Assembly: GCA_035221665.1 (NCBI GenBank)
Contig: CM069138.1
Span: 66,650,001-66,714,000, forward strand
Direction of reading: 5' to 3'
Length of the DNA stretch: 64,000 nt
From: Okamejei kenojei
Taxonomy: Eukaryota
Shown here one piece after another: positions 24,308-38,795 of this stretch. A model generated the notes under the pieces. It was given only the letters and a program-made list of their open reading frames with translations. It had not been told where the DNA came from and made no database searches. Numbering within the stretch: position 1 is the first letter of the stretch; the number at the start of each line of letters is the position of its first letter. The position numbers and the translations under genes were made by a program.

Positions 24308-27300
24308 TGCTCTGTAATCACCAGTGGGCACGCTTACAGACATATCCTAGATCTGATACAACAGCGTGCGTGCGCGTTGCTGGTGCTGTTGACGCCACGC
24401 ACGAGTGATTCACCCGTCATCCAATCACAGGCCACCTTATGCGCATCAGTTGTACGCTATATTTTGTTAATTCCTGCCAAAACAAAAAGTTTCAGTAACG
24501 TCTGGTGTTGTCCAGTCAGTTTGGCATGTGCAAGTATGGATAAACCTGCAAAAAAGAAAACACTGTGCAGCTATAAACAAGCAATGGGAAGCACAAAAGA
24601 TGTGGGTTAAGCCTGTCAGCGGTGACTCGACGAAGGCCTTCTATGCCTTATGCCATCGGGAATTTGTCCCTTATCTTGACCTTTTGTCCCTTATTTGGGA
24701 ATGAGAAAGTTGGCAACCCTAGTCTCAACCCTAAACGTCGACATCTTCGTGACAGTTGTAAATGTTGTACTACCATAAAAAGGCACTAGGTGGTGATCCA
24801 TCTCTTTCTTCTGACCTTACATGGTGTTCTGTAGTAATGGTAGTTTATCTTCTTGTGCCCCATGCTGCCTTCATTAGAGGTCCATTACGTGGTATTGCGC
24901 TTACAAACAAAAGAACAGAAGTAATTATGCCTCCTTCTGCAACGTTCATATAGATTTAAGCACATTCTTATGAGAATATTTCTGTGGATCTTTCAATCTG
25001 ATCTCGGGTCTGCTTCCTATCTTCACAGGTAATAGATACTCTCCCCTTATTTACTGCAGTGTCATCAAATCTTCTTCAAGAAAAACAGCTTTTCAATTCT
25101 CACATTCACCACTTAGATTGACAAAAACACTGCCCTGCTATGAGCCTAACTGCAATCTTGCATCTATTCACAAAAAACATCTCTAACCAAGGTAGATTAT
25201 TCACTAATTACCCACTCCCACTTAATCTGTTTAATTTATCCTCCATTTGACTTTCAACACATAAGATGCACCGTATTGATCTTTGACTTCTCTATTCTCT
25301 GTGAACATTCTATACCTTCAAAAGTTAAATTAATTTCCATCCATGGGTTTAGACATGTATTTGTTATTCCAAATCACATCCTCATTCTCCTCTCATAATG
25401 GTCATAATTTTTAATTCCTGCCAGATTCACATATTAGCAGATTTTGTTTTTCCTTATTCAAGGAAAAATTACATTGCACCCTTCTCTGTATAGTCTTGTT
25501 TTTGGATTTCTAACCCCATATCACTTTTTGACTAACTCTTAACCTGTAATCTGTTTAATCTGGATGCATTTATCTCCTTCCCCCTACCTCGACTATTTAA
25601 ATAAACTTCCTTTGTTTCTTCTGTGTTGCGCAAAAGGTCTTTGTTCCTCCTAGACTGAGGTGTAGTGAACAGATTTACTTTATGCAGTTCTTTTTTTTGT
25701 GAATGATGCAAGATCACAATATTCCATGAATATTTATAATGTATTCTTAAGAACTATGAAGATTGTCTACAGTCCTTTCTTCATACGGCAGACGACACAT
25801 CAAAACCAGAGTCATTAATTTATCTTTTATAGCCAAATTGTAGCATGATACATGAAAATATTAAATATTTTCATTTCACATTCTTCAATCGTCAAATTGC
25901 TATTTGATTCATCAAGTTAGTCTATATATTTTTTTCAATCATGTTTTTGGAAGAAATTTGTTGAATGAATTTCAATTAGTCTACTCAACACCTGGTACAG
26001 GTGCTAGTATTAACGTTTATAGATCCCATTTTAGTTTTGTTTAATTTATTTGGTTTAAAAATCCTTAATTTAGATTTACCTTCTTTAATGGCCAGCAGGA
26101 AAAAATACATGGAATCCTTAAATTCTGCATTTATGCAGCTGCATAAATTCTGTCAGAAACCAAGTATTCTGCACTGAATGGCTGGAACAGATCCGTAATT
26201 TCTGATAATTGAACATGTTTTTCCATCATTCATTTTTTTAAATATATGAACAGCTCTCTCATAGAAGGGACTAGTCCCAATTTTCCATCTTCCCTCATCG
26301 TGGCTATTGCTTTATGTTTTATCAGCCATATATCTGTAATTATAACATTATATATTTTGCACTCTTAGCAGTTTTCTCTTTCCACCTGTTGTGCATTGCC
26401 TGATTACACTCATGTATGGTATGATTTGTCTGGAAAGCATGCAAACAAAGTCTTTCACTGTATTTTAGCTGTCTTGGTCTCATGGTCAACGTAGACTTTA
26501 TGGACCAAAGGGTTGTTCTTGTGCTGTATTATTCTATGTGTTATGTTCTATGTATGTACTTATGTGACAATAGCTTATGTAGGATACATCCATTAAAGAA
26601 GTGTGAGACAGCCTTTGTCCTCCCATTAAAACCCACATAACCGATCAAGGCCACCACTGTTTTCTATGCACACCCCAATGCTCCAACAGTGAAGGCACAC
26701 GGATTGACATCATATGTGTCTGATTGGTGGACTCCACAGCTGGGCATGTCATGTACATATAAGTGTTCAATTAATATCTACTTGGAAGTTTTGTTTCACA
26801 TTTAGCAATTAGTTTCAATTTTATTATATGCTGTACAAAAATCATGCACTGGCTGGCTGAATTTCTGAGTTAGCATCTGTAATATAAATTACAAAAAGCA
26901 AAAAATGTTAGCAGAGATGGAGTTTTCAGACAGAAAGCTTCTGACACCTGGTGGTTTTTTTAAGGTAATACTACATAGAGGCTTTATTTGCAGGGAATTA
27001 TTGTTATTTTTCTCATAACCAAACTATATTACGTTTGTTAATGTGTAGTTTATAATTTAAATGAACACTACATGTTGTTCTATTTTAAATGCACTTTACA
27101 AAGAAGTAATTTAGTGTGCAGTATGTCCTATAACAAAAGGCCAGAATTTGCCATTAATGTAACTTTCAAGACAAATATTTTGCATTTTTTGTGCTTAAAC
27201 TCCAAAATCTAATTATAGCTACCTTTTCATTAGCTTTATAAAGAATGTATTTCAGTCTCCCTCTGCATTTCAACACATTGCAAGGTAAAACACATTTTAT

Positions 27301-28224
27301 TTCTATGCGACTTTGTCTCTGTATACTTGGCAGTTAGTGGCAGTTAATTATCTTCTGGAGAGGAATTGCCTGCAGGATTTCTCTATAAGAGTTGTCATTG
27401 CACAGAAAACTTCCATGATCTCTCTTTCCCTGCATAGTCCAGTACTAGAATTTTATAAGCAACTTGAGCTGGATTATGCAACAAATAAACCATTTTTACA
27501 AAATCAAATTCAAATAATTCAAATTAGATTTAAAATTTAAACACAATAGATAAATAATCTTCCAAAACTATTGCACACAAGTAAATCTACTGACTGATGG
27601 AATACTATTTTATGCAATAAAGGCATACAAATTCAGATGCCACTTTTATGATTTTCCTGTCAGCCCTGCCCTCTAATCTTTTACAATTGATCGTTCATCT
27701 GCTGGATTTTGCTTGGATTCATTGTGTTCCTCGCTGTTGTTTAACCAACGATTTCATCACATACGCAACCTCAGATGAAGTTGTGACTTTGTGACTCAAT
27801 GAGTCGGATTCAATCACCCCATAATTTCTTTATCAATCTTTCTTTATCAATCTTTCTTGCTGCAACTAGTTTTGTGCTAGAATGGAGCTAATGTCTAGAA
27901 CTAATGGTTCGACCTGTGTCATCTCCATTCTCCAGCCAAAGTGACTTCAACCTCAGTTAGTCAGGCTGCTTAAGGCAGATGACATATTGGTATGCAAATG
28001 TTCAGAACATAAGCTAAGTCATTGTCAACATATAAGTGTATGCATATGAATGAATTGTAATTGGTATATTATTGTACCATGTACAGAGATCGCTGTCTCA
28101 AAAAGGCAGCCAGCATCGTCAGAGACCCACGCAACCCTGGCCATATACTCAGTTCACTCCTGCCATTGGGAAGAAGGTATAAAGACCCTGAAAACTGTAA
28201 CATCTAGCTATCTTCGGTGTAAAC

Positions 28225-28226
<2 letters not shown>

Positions 28227-28276
<50 letters not shown>
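28227..28276. repeat. (TG)n microsatellite within a LINE 3' remnant
   Basis: Directly visible. Confidence 0.95.
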
Positions 28277-28278
<2 letters not shown>

Positions 28279-31200
28279 ATACTGAATTCGTTTTTATTGT
28301 TTATTATATTATTTACAGAGTACTATGTTTACATATTCTGTTGTGTTGTTGCAAGTAAGAATTTCAATGTTCTATTTGGGGCATATGGCAATAAAACACT
28401 GTTGACATGGGCCAAATGTGAGCAGGTGGGGACTAGCGAAGTTGGGGCATCTTGATTGTCATGGGCAAATTAGGCCAAAGTGCCAGTTTCTGTTCTGTAT
28501 GACTCTATGAGATACGTAATTTATGTGTTACTTGAGTAAAATAATCCATGCATGAGTATAACAAGTAGTTCAAAGAGAGAAAGAAAACAGATTGCAGAAA
28601 ATAGTGTTACAGCGATAGATAAAGTGCAGATGTAACAATGGAACTTACATCTGACCATCAACTAAAAAAAAGTTAGTTCATCTTCCTCCTCCAACAGTAG
28701 ATCATCTCTCAAGGTAATACAATAAACCAATATTAGGTTGCTCATGATGTACACAGCTATCTTTCTGGGTTTTCAGGATCTGATAGCTCTTAGTAGCCAA
28801 CTAATGGAGATTAACATCTGAAATTCGGTGTCATGGTGATAGTTGAGGTCTAGCTGCTTATTACTGTCAAGTTTCTGAATCCAGCATTAAACAGGCCTCT
28901 AGTTGTTACGTGTGCCAAAACCAACAGAAATAGCTACCGACCAGAAGAGTTCCATCTTAGTCGCACTGTGTCATCAAACTGCAGTTGACATTTTCCTTGC
29001 CTTAAGACTTTTGACTTTCCAACTGTGCAGTGATATACACTGCCTCCCATCTTCTGTCAGTTGCTCAAGCAAAACTCTTGTGCTTTTATCTTGACTGTCA
29101 TTTTGTTTATTGCTGACCTTAAATTGGCTCCAAATGTGACAATCTCTAATTTTAAAATTCATCAGTGGAACAGTTACTGTTTCAAATCAAAGAAAAGTTA
29201 AAGGTAAATATTTTAAGTTGTAAAGAATGGGCGAGGGACCGAGACACCAAAAGAAATGTCTGTGGCAGGTGAAATTAAAAGATGAAAAGACTTGATGGCA
29301 TAAGGTGAAACAATTGGTTAATGGGCTATGGAAGTTCCATGTGTACCAGAATAGGAGAAGCAGAATTGTCATCTGAAATTAACTAAGAAAATGAACATTA
29401 ATAATGAAATAATAATAGAATGCTTATTATCTGAAATTAAAGAACTCAGTGTCAAGTCCAAAAGATTGAATTATGTCTAGTAACCAGATGTGGTGTTATT
29501 GCTCGTACCTACAATTGAGATTCTTTGGAACAGTATATCTAGTTGACGACAGAGAGGTTAAACTGTAAGTGGCATGAAGAATTAAATTCACAGGTGACTG
29601 GAAGTCCAGAGTCATGTTTGCAAACTGAATGGAGTTGTTCTGTAAATTGGAAGGGATTAATCCTCCATATAAACTTCAATCAGTATTGAGGGAGTGCAGC
29701 ATTAATAGAAGTGCCATCTTACATTTCAGGTAACAAGTAGGATCCACTCGACTTTTCCAAAAGGTGTAAAAGATCCCATGCGCTGTTCAAAATCAAGAAC
29801 TTATCGCTGATGTTTGTTTAAGAATTTCTGCCACCTTCATTTGGAAATGCTTGGTGGATGATCCATCCTACCTTCAATCTGAGATCCCATCACTGGCAGA
29901 AGCCAGTCTCCAGCCACTTTCACTGCACATTATAGCAGACAATAGTGGAGAACATTGCAACATCAAAAGTGTGGAGCCAAATAACAATCTGGTTTTAGTT
30001 CTTTGTAACCCCGAATTAACTGTTGTTCTAGCCAATCTGTACAAGTAATCCTGGCATTAACTGGACAGGGAAAATTCCCCACAACCTTTTCAACTACTTG
30101 CCAGTAATTATGGCGCCTATTTTGGGTTTCTCAGAACCACTCAGCTCCTCAGCTTGTTTCAAATCTCACTAAGCCTCAATCTAAGTTTAAGGCAAACCCC
30201 CAAATTCCAGATGTGAACTCAAATAAATCACCTTGATAAAAAGGCATTATTTGACTGAGTAAGGGAACAAGAACCTAAGTAAATTTTAAGTCAATTAATA
30301 TTGCACAGAAAACATGCCAAATGTTGGAGTCATAAGTTTCAGAAAGACAGGTGTAGCGGTCGGGGGTCAATTTCCAGGTCAAAGCTATTGGACCTCCTCA
30401 AGACAGTGTCCTAGGTTGAGATTTCCTTAGCTGCTTCTTCAACATTCCTTCCATCATAAGATTAAAAATGCACATGCACAATGTGAAATTACATTTCCAA
30501 TTGCCTGGAAAACCAATCTACGCATGCATGTTACACGATCTAAGCAATACTCATATATTCATTGACAAATGGCAACTAATATAAATGCCATGCAAAGACC
30601 TCTGACAAGAATTAACCCACCTACCTTTAACATTGGGCAGTCATCAGAGATCTGAAACTTAGCTGGAGCAGCTGCATAAATTCTGTCAGTAACCAAGTAT
30701 TCTGCACTGAATGGCTGTAACAGATTGGCATGAACAGCAGTTAATTTTTGGGTACAAAACCAGGTTGTTATTTGGCTCCACACTTTTGCTGTTGTCAGTG
30801 TTCTAGGCTATCGTCTGCTATCATATTTCTTAATGTGTGAGTTTCAGGAGACACTTCAATGTGTCCCCTGACACTCTAAGGTCTCTCAACCACCTACAGG
30901 GTGCAGGTCAGGAGTATGAAGGAATGCTCTCCATTTACTCAACTAATTGGAGATTTAAAAAACAGTTATCTGTAGATTCCACTCCGAGACATGAATTATC
31001 ATGACCTATCAATAGCATTCAGCATCATTGGATCTTGATCTTGGAATCGCCTACCCAACAACCTGTGAAGGTATGCCCAATGGGCTACAACAATTCAAGA
31101 TGGCTCACCATCACCTTCTCAAATGCATTTAGGAAAGAGTAATAAATGCTGCCTTTACAATAAACATTTATTTTTAATTGCCACCAAAGCAAATTCTTCA

Positions 31201-34200
31201 ATCATTTTAGATTGCAAATTCATGTAATTTTGTTTTGTGAAAATTGGTTGCTTCATTTAGCGAATTAATTATTTTAAAATCTAATTGGTAGTAAAGCACT
31301 TAAAGATATCCAGGCTTGCAAAACACATAAATGTAAATTTCTTGGTCCTTTTACTCCTTCAAATCTTTACAGTTAGGACCATAGTTCACTTGGGACTATT
31401 TGAGCCTTCTGATAAGGCCTACTATATCTTTGCAAAGTGATATATTTTTTACAAAATCTATTAGAATTACATTAACTTTTGAAAGTTTAAGGCCAGCTAT
31501 TCGTAACCTATAAGTGGTAATCCTTACTGTACAATATGGTGCTGATAAGGTTCTGGCATAAAAAGTATATTGAACTGATGTTGAAAATCTAAAGAATCTA
31601 AAAAACAAGTTGCTTCAATAATAGAAAAAAAGTTGCATAACATTTACAACATAAAGAAAAATGGCTAAAAACTAAGCAATTATTTATATTCATGCAAACT
31701 TTCTCTTAAACTACATCACCTAACTGTAATAACATGATAGCTTCTTCCTTGTATATTTATCTAAATTTCTACTTGCAACATTTTGCCTTAATCCTTCATG
31801 TTGCAAGGCATTCCACATTTTAGCCAGTCTGTGATCAAAAGACTTTGCTCATATTGCTTTGTTTTGGACACCCCCAAGAATGGAAACACTTATTTTTCAT
31901 CCTCTCTTTCAAATCCTTTCACAATTTGACGTTTGTGCCTGTGTGTGAGGCGGAGGGAAGGGGCCACAGCACGCCTAAACATATCATGCAAGCATTGCTT
32001 ATTACTGGTCTAATACTGTGATCATATTAAAAAGGTGAACTATAATCACTTACCTTTTCAAAATGATATGTGGCATAGCTCTTCATTCAAGTATACTACC
32101 ATAACATTTGTAAACATTCCAACAGTAAATCATTGGAATTAATCAAAGGGGTTATTTTCATTTATAAAACCATTTGTTTGTTAATAATATGACACCTTTG
32201 TAAATGTAAGTAGGATTTGGGCTCCAAGAGCATTAACCTTCACGTGACCTCCAGTTTTACGGATACAGTATCTAATTCAGAAAACTCCGTAATTGCAATT
32301 TCAATTTCAGCTTTAACGAACAAAATCTATTTCCCATTAAATATCTTCTCTTATCCTAAACTGAAAAATATACTGCAGAATTTGCTTTTACTTTGAGTGT
32401 TCAATATGAGCTTGAGTTTATCATTAGAATATTTAAGCCACTAACTAAAGCTTAGTAGTTTTCATATCATACAGCACAAAATGGAATAAGAACTAAGCTC
32501 CTATGAAATCCAATTGTAGTATTAAATTGTTCAAGGGTGAAAGGTGCAAGTAATCAGATTACTTGCTCAAGGTCCAATAATACTTTTAAGTCTTGAAAGC
32601 CATTTCCACATAGAAGCTACAAGAAAAAGACTAATTTAATGTCTAAATTAGATCTCCATTTCTGATTTTGACAAATATTCATGTGTTTCTTAATGGTTAG
32701 ATTGTAGATTAATCTCAATTATTAATCTACAAGTTAACAGCAGTTTGGCAGCATGTTTTAGTTAGTAATCAAAGGGCTGCTGATTTTCTACGCCTTTTAT
32801 TTTAATCAAAATGAAGATCTACTCAATTAGGCCAGGTCAACCTAAGCTTTCAAATCCAAGATATTGGATGAAATTATGATACAAATGAGCCATGACATTG
32901 ATCAATGGTGAAGAGTTGAATGGTGTATGCCAATTCCCATGAATGGACTGACAGAAAGAATATATAATTTTCAGCTTCTCACAACCCCAAGAAATTCCAA
33001 AGCACTTTACAATCAATGCAGCAGTTTAAAATTGTTAGCATTATTTCAGTACAAGAAATACGCGAACCAATTGAATGGCAAACTTGCAGACAGCTGGCAG
33101 AGATAGGACAAATAATGGCCTACAAATTCAATTGATTTCACAAGAAATTAAATGTGACAATAATAATTTTACCTTCTGTACAGGTCCATAAACAGTACAC
33201 ATAAATAACACAATAAACAAAAAAGTTCCATAAATTAAAAAATTAGTGCAAAAATGCCCAAAGCCCTTAGTGCAACCATGACAGTTCGTAGTCCATAGTT
33301 TAGCTGGTGTTTGTAATCTTCAAGAGCTTGATGGCTGTCGAGAAGAAGCTGTTTTTGAACTTGGAGGTTATAGTTTTCAGATTCCTATACCTTCTTCCCA
33401 ATGGTAGGAGTGAAGTGAGAGTGTGGCCAAGGTGGTGTGGATTGGGCATACGTCATTTAATTCTGTACAGAATTTGTTGAGTTTGTTTTAGGTTATAGAA
33501 ACATAGAAAATGGGTGCAGGAGGAGGCCATATCGTCCTTCGAGCCTGCACCGCTATTCATTGTGATCATAGCTGATCCACAATCAGTAACCCGTGCCTGC
33601 CTTCTCCCCATATCCCTTGATTCCGCTAGAGCTCTATCTAACTCTCTTTTAAATTCATCCAGTGAATCGGCCTCTACTGCCTTTCAGTTCAATACAATAT
33701 TCTTTAACCTATTCAGGTCAACTATTTACTTATGAATACTGCACATGTTTTTCTATCCATTTACGGTAAGACATAGCTTTAGAAAGAAGAATTTATATCC
33801 ACCAGATGCTGTATAGGAGTAAAATTATCTAGATACAAATCCTATTTCAAAAACGATTCCTCAAATTAGAATCAAAGTGCACAGCACAGAAAGAGGCCCT
33901 TATGTCCCTGCACATTCATGCTGACCATGATGCCTATCTACATTAATCCCATTGCCCACATTAGAACTGTAATTTTCTTTATGGTTCTTTATTATCATGT
34001 GTACCAAGGTACAATTATATTCCATTTTTACATGTTAATAAGATTATTGCCATACAATCCCCGGTTAAGTATAGAATGCATGGAAACAGCCCACTGAAGG
34101 CTCACTCCTCGCCCAGCCATATTCAACGTCGATGCCCCAGGGGCACTTCCCGCAGCCAACCACGAGGGCACAGAAGGTAAGACCCCTGGTTCTTTGTCCA

Positions 34201-35039
34201 GCATCCACCAGTTTTCGTGTCATCTTTTACTGCTCAGACGACCTACATTCTCATCCGGGTCATTTATATGCATTATAAACAACAAATTCCCATCACATCT
34301 TTCTGCAGAACTTCTTAAAAGACTTTGAATCAGAAACACACCCACCCACCACTTCCCCTCACCAAGCCAATTTTGGATCCAGTTTGCTAGCACACTTTGG
34401 ATCCCTTATGACAAACTTCTGGACCAGCCTATTATGCAGGCCCTTGTCAAAAGTCTTTCTAAAGTCATATAAACAATGTCTACTGTTGTCTTCATTATTT
34501 ACAATGGAGATTTGTGATTGAACCAAGGGTGAGCATTTGCCTTTAAAACTAGCACACACGATTGATCTGCTGGTGGAATATCCATAAACTCTTGCCCACA
34601 CCCAGCTTGGATACACTGGGTTGGTACTTTTTTGAACATGCGTTTTACCTCTGCAGTGCAGTTGTAAGTATCCTGAATGCTAGTGGCAAATCCAAATATA
34701 GTGAGAGGTAAGTAAACAGTTAGAAGTGTCCATTTTGATTCTGTTTCTTCCAACAAATTATTTGTTTGCTCAGTGAGTTTGCCAGTGAGACTTTTAATAG
34801 CACTCTTATCACTTCAACTCAGGTTCTGCTGTGAATGTTGGGGCAAGGAAGGTTAAGGTTTTTTTTAAAATAACTGTATCTCAGGGAGGCAGATATCCGG
34901 ATTCAGCTTAGTTGCATTTGAAGTATCATTGCTTTAGATAACAGGTGGTTTGCAACATTCTTTATGGTTAACCTCCAAAAAAATATTTGATGTTTCCAAA
35001 CAAAATTCACATGACCGGGGGATTTTACAAATGTAATAA

Positions 35040-36598
35040 TAAATGAAACATGCCATTTCCTTAGTTTATTGTAATTAAGGCTGGGGATTCAACTCAAGGA
35101 CTATTGTTGTTTTATGTGTATACATATCTTCAATTTACTAACCTTAAAAATACATGACAAAAATTAAGGTGGTTTTATCTTTGGCAGGAAAGCAATTAAA
35201 CAAATATTCACAATGCAAACTTCCTTTTATAAGAAATAACCCCCATATCACAAAACAATTTTTCCAATCTTCTGCCATCATTTAAGAATTCAAAGATTCT
35301 TAATGTTACTGTACTATCTAGTTACACCTATCACTGTTACTTTTTTCCATGCAAAGAATATCAAAATAAATAATTACAACACAATATTCAAATAAACTGT
35401 AATATTGAAAAATGGTTGCCACTAGCCTGCAGTGCTACAAATCTGTGTACAGAGATAAACAATAAATTAAAAGACCAACACAAATTAGTTTTGTTGAATT
35501 CTTTGGCTCATTTGACAAGTTGATTCAGTGTTTCATTAGCATCTAACTAAAATACTTCTTAATAAATCACTCTGATCATGTTTTACCATGCTTTATATAT
35601 AGGTACTGAACTAACTTAACAAAAATAACTTTGACATTTCCTTTTTTCTTTTTTTTACAAAAAATCTTTATAAATATTTTAAAAATGTGTACAAAGCATT
35701 TCTAATGAGGACCAGAGCTGAACACTACACAAATCAGAGTTTGAAATAAAAGACAATGTACCATTTAGTTCATAAGTGATGTTTTTTCTCATGTGATGTC
35801 AGTTTGTAAGGCCTAACTGATCTAATGTGTATTTTGTGCTCTTCACTAATGCAAGGAAGCTTACTGTTGCATGTGCAAGACAAAAACAATAAAAGTCCAC
35901 AAAATGGGAATGGAATCATCACTTTTTAGATCTACAGTTTGATAAATCACAGTATGGATACACACACTGTGCTTTCAATTTGGTCTTTAAGACCTAAAGT
36001 TGCCTTCATTATATAATCATAGTGGTATTAAAAATGGAAAATGAATTATGAAGTGGGCTTTAACCTCATTATCAAGAACTCCAATTTTAAATTGACTTAA
36101 GTGGGAATGTTGTTCATTAACTGTTCAAGATTTAACTTATTGGCACTCCGTTCTCAAAAACTCTTACATAATATGAAAGACAAAAGTAACCCCAAAACAA
36201 CACTTATACATTAAAGTATCAATTAAAAAAACATAAATTTCTACCACAAACTGAAAAGCACTCTTGAAATTGAAGAATGCATTTTACATGAAATTAGAGC
36301 CTTGAAAAAACAATTAAATTAAATATCTCTTCTTGACAACTTTTAAACAAACGACTTAATGCGCACCTTGTGCCACCATAATTATTTTCAAAGTACAAAC
36401 TACAATAGACCTTCCTAAGCTCAAACTAGCCATACTTCAAAATAAATCTATTTCCTAGTTTCTACTGCATTCATCCTCTTTCCAGGAACACCAAAAGCCT
36501 GTTCTCAGTATTGAGTAATGTGCTATTTTCCCATCTTTATCCCCATGTTATAAATGCAGCAGACAATCTGTTATTTCTGTACCCTTATGGTCACATTA
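35040..36598 (-). other. BICRAL: Probable BICRAL 3' UTR with candidate AATAAA at 35065-35070
   Basis: Repeat-free AU-rich tract after the stop. Minus-strand AATAAA is followed by U/GU-rich sequence. The true end needs transcript data. Confidence 0.5.
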
Positions 36599-37539
36599 TC
36601 AGCATTCCAATATGCTATTTACTGCTGCTTCCAAGATGGAGTCTGTTTCTCTGACGCCTTCATTATGATCTGGTATACATTTTTCTACATAGTTCTCCAC
36701 AGGAGCTAAGGCTGAAAAATGAGGAGTTTCATCTTCAGATGAGCTATTTTTGATGATTGCATTATCAGAAGGTTTCTGAGCTTGTTGTAGATCCAAAATA
36801 CTATTGATTGCACTCTCCAAATGTTCATGGAGCGATGTGTCACATTGAGTTTCTTTTGCGTCTTTAATTTGCACACATGTAAACTCTTGCTGTTTAGAAT
36901 TTTTAACACCCTTGTCTTGTGACTGGTCATGCCAAAGCAACTGAGAGTCACCCACGTCATGTTCCAATTTAATGGAATTATTAATTTGATTAATAACTGG
37001 GTTCTGCCCCTCCTTCATTACATTGACTTTATCACAAGAATTACTGTGCTTTTTCTCGTTGTCGAACCTACTTTCTTCTCTGTCACAAATGTTGGTAGTT
37101 CCAACAACAGGTTCACAAGCTTTTTTGCTTTGAACCTTGACATAATCAGATGTAGAGCCAGCAATATTTTTACCACCTTCATTTCCAGTGTCAGACCATT
37201 CTGGAGTTTTTGATGATTTACTCTGTGTTCCAGCTCTGTACGCTGTCTCTGGTTTGATTGTTAGTTTGAGCTCTTTACTGCCGCTGTATGATTTAACAAT
37301 GCAAGGACTGTCAATGGAAGAATTTGTGGCTGCTTTCATTCCACTTGTCACAGAAGATACTAAATGGACCAATCGGGAGGGTTCACTTTTTTGGTTGATA
37401 GTAGTATTCACTGGTGCAGAATGCCTGGTGATAATGTCTAAAGACTTGTGTGGCACCCTATCATCAGTTAGTTGTTGTGCTTCAGCAGCAGATTTCACAA
37501 AAACAGATGAGGAACAGCAAAACTTAGTCAAATAGCCAT
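36599..37539 (-). CDS. BICRAL: BICRAL last coding exon ending TDSILEAAVNSILEC*
   Basis: ORF 36599..37531 with acceptor tttatttag|AT. The C-terminus SILEAAVNSILEC matches BICRAL rather than BICRA, as I recall it. Confidence 0.93.
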
Positions 37540-38490
37540 CTAAATAAAAAAAGGGGGGAAAGTGATAACAAATTATTGCAATATAGCATTTACATTAACA
37601 AATTAAATCACAATTGCTGAAATGGAGCTTTTTAACTTGTCTAGTAAAAATACAAATGTGCTGACATAGCAGTAACAAGTCAGTTAATCTATAAAGGCTA
37701 AATCAGAATAGTGGCTGTATACCCTTTAAAGCACTTTCACAAGACTATCTCTGTCAATGAAAACAGTTGGCCTCTAAGTGATTTGTGAACTTCTAAAATT
37801 AAAAAATATTACTTTATTACTACTGTCATCCAGGGTGACAAACATACTGGCATACTTAGCATTACATTGCTGGAGTGCCAATGATAGCAAGTGTTCAGGA
37901 AAAAATGTCATTGTGCACCTGTTTGCCCTTGTTAGACAGACATATTCTATGCACTGTCTCTCCTCGTAAGAAATTAGAAGTGTAGAAGAGAGCAGAGGTA
38001 TCCAAGCTGACCAATTTCCCATCGCTCCACCCTGCCTCAACTGCTGGATTTTTTTTCATCTACCCACAAAATGTGTACCTACAATTAACAAATCAAAAAA
38101 GTTAACCAGGATAGTTAGTGAAAAACTGACCTCTGCTTCACAAATCATTTTATCAAATTCCTCATTAATGGTTGACAACAATATTACATTTTGAATATTC
38201 TGATCTATATTCTTAAATTAAGTTTCTCTGTATCTTAATAATCGCAGGACTTTAATATAAATATATATTATTTCCCCACTGTTAACAAATAGAGGATGAT
38301 CAGCCTCTATCCAAATACTTCATAGTGAAATAGGACTGGTCAGGACCTTGAAAGAAGTTTACAAGCTCAGTACTGTCAGCACTTACCAATGTTTTAACTT
38401 TTCATGTTTAATAGAAATGAGTTTATTGAAATACATTTTTATTTTGCAGATCTTTATATAAACTTTCAATTATCAAGCTACAGTACTTAC

Positions 38491-38593
38491 CAGAATCCTC
38501 CAAGGAACATCGTTTGTCCTGGATAAGGGCGACTTTCTCATCTTGATTGAACACTCGGTCAATCATAACCATTTCTGCAGAGGGATTTATTCG
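38491..38593 (-). CDS. BICRAL: BICRAL GLTSCR1-domain exon (RINPSAEMVMIDRVFNQDEK...)
   Basis: PSAEMVMIDR signature. Acceptor gctttag|CGA, donor TCTG|gtaagt, 103 nt, phase 0/1. Confidence 0.95.
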
Positions 38594-38795
38594 CTAAAGC
38601 CAAACAAATAATGTTAGCATAATTTTGCAAAATAATGTTCAATCCTTTCATACTGAAATGTTGATAATGCTAATATATTTCTGATTTAGTGTATACATCA
38701 AATTGGATACTTTTATCAATTTCCTGCAGCTGTACTTTATCCGTTAGGAAAATGTAGGATGTATATTGTCCAATAGATATTTAAATAGTACTTAC

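Larger units (their letters stand above)
21236..24721. mobile_element. Non-autonomous composite hAT DNA transposon
   Basis: 14-bp TIRs TAGGGTTGCCAACT / AGTTGGCAACCCTA. Perfect 8-bp TSD GTCTCAAC at 21228-21235 and 24722-24729. Subterminal TGTCCC repeats. Confidence 0.88.

Noticed and set aside
27720-27830. C/D-box snoRNA-like motifs (CTGA, TGATGA) and small hairpins
   Set aside because: The boxes are in the wrong order, with no terminal stem and no host intron.
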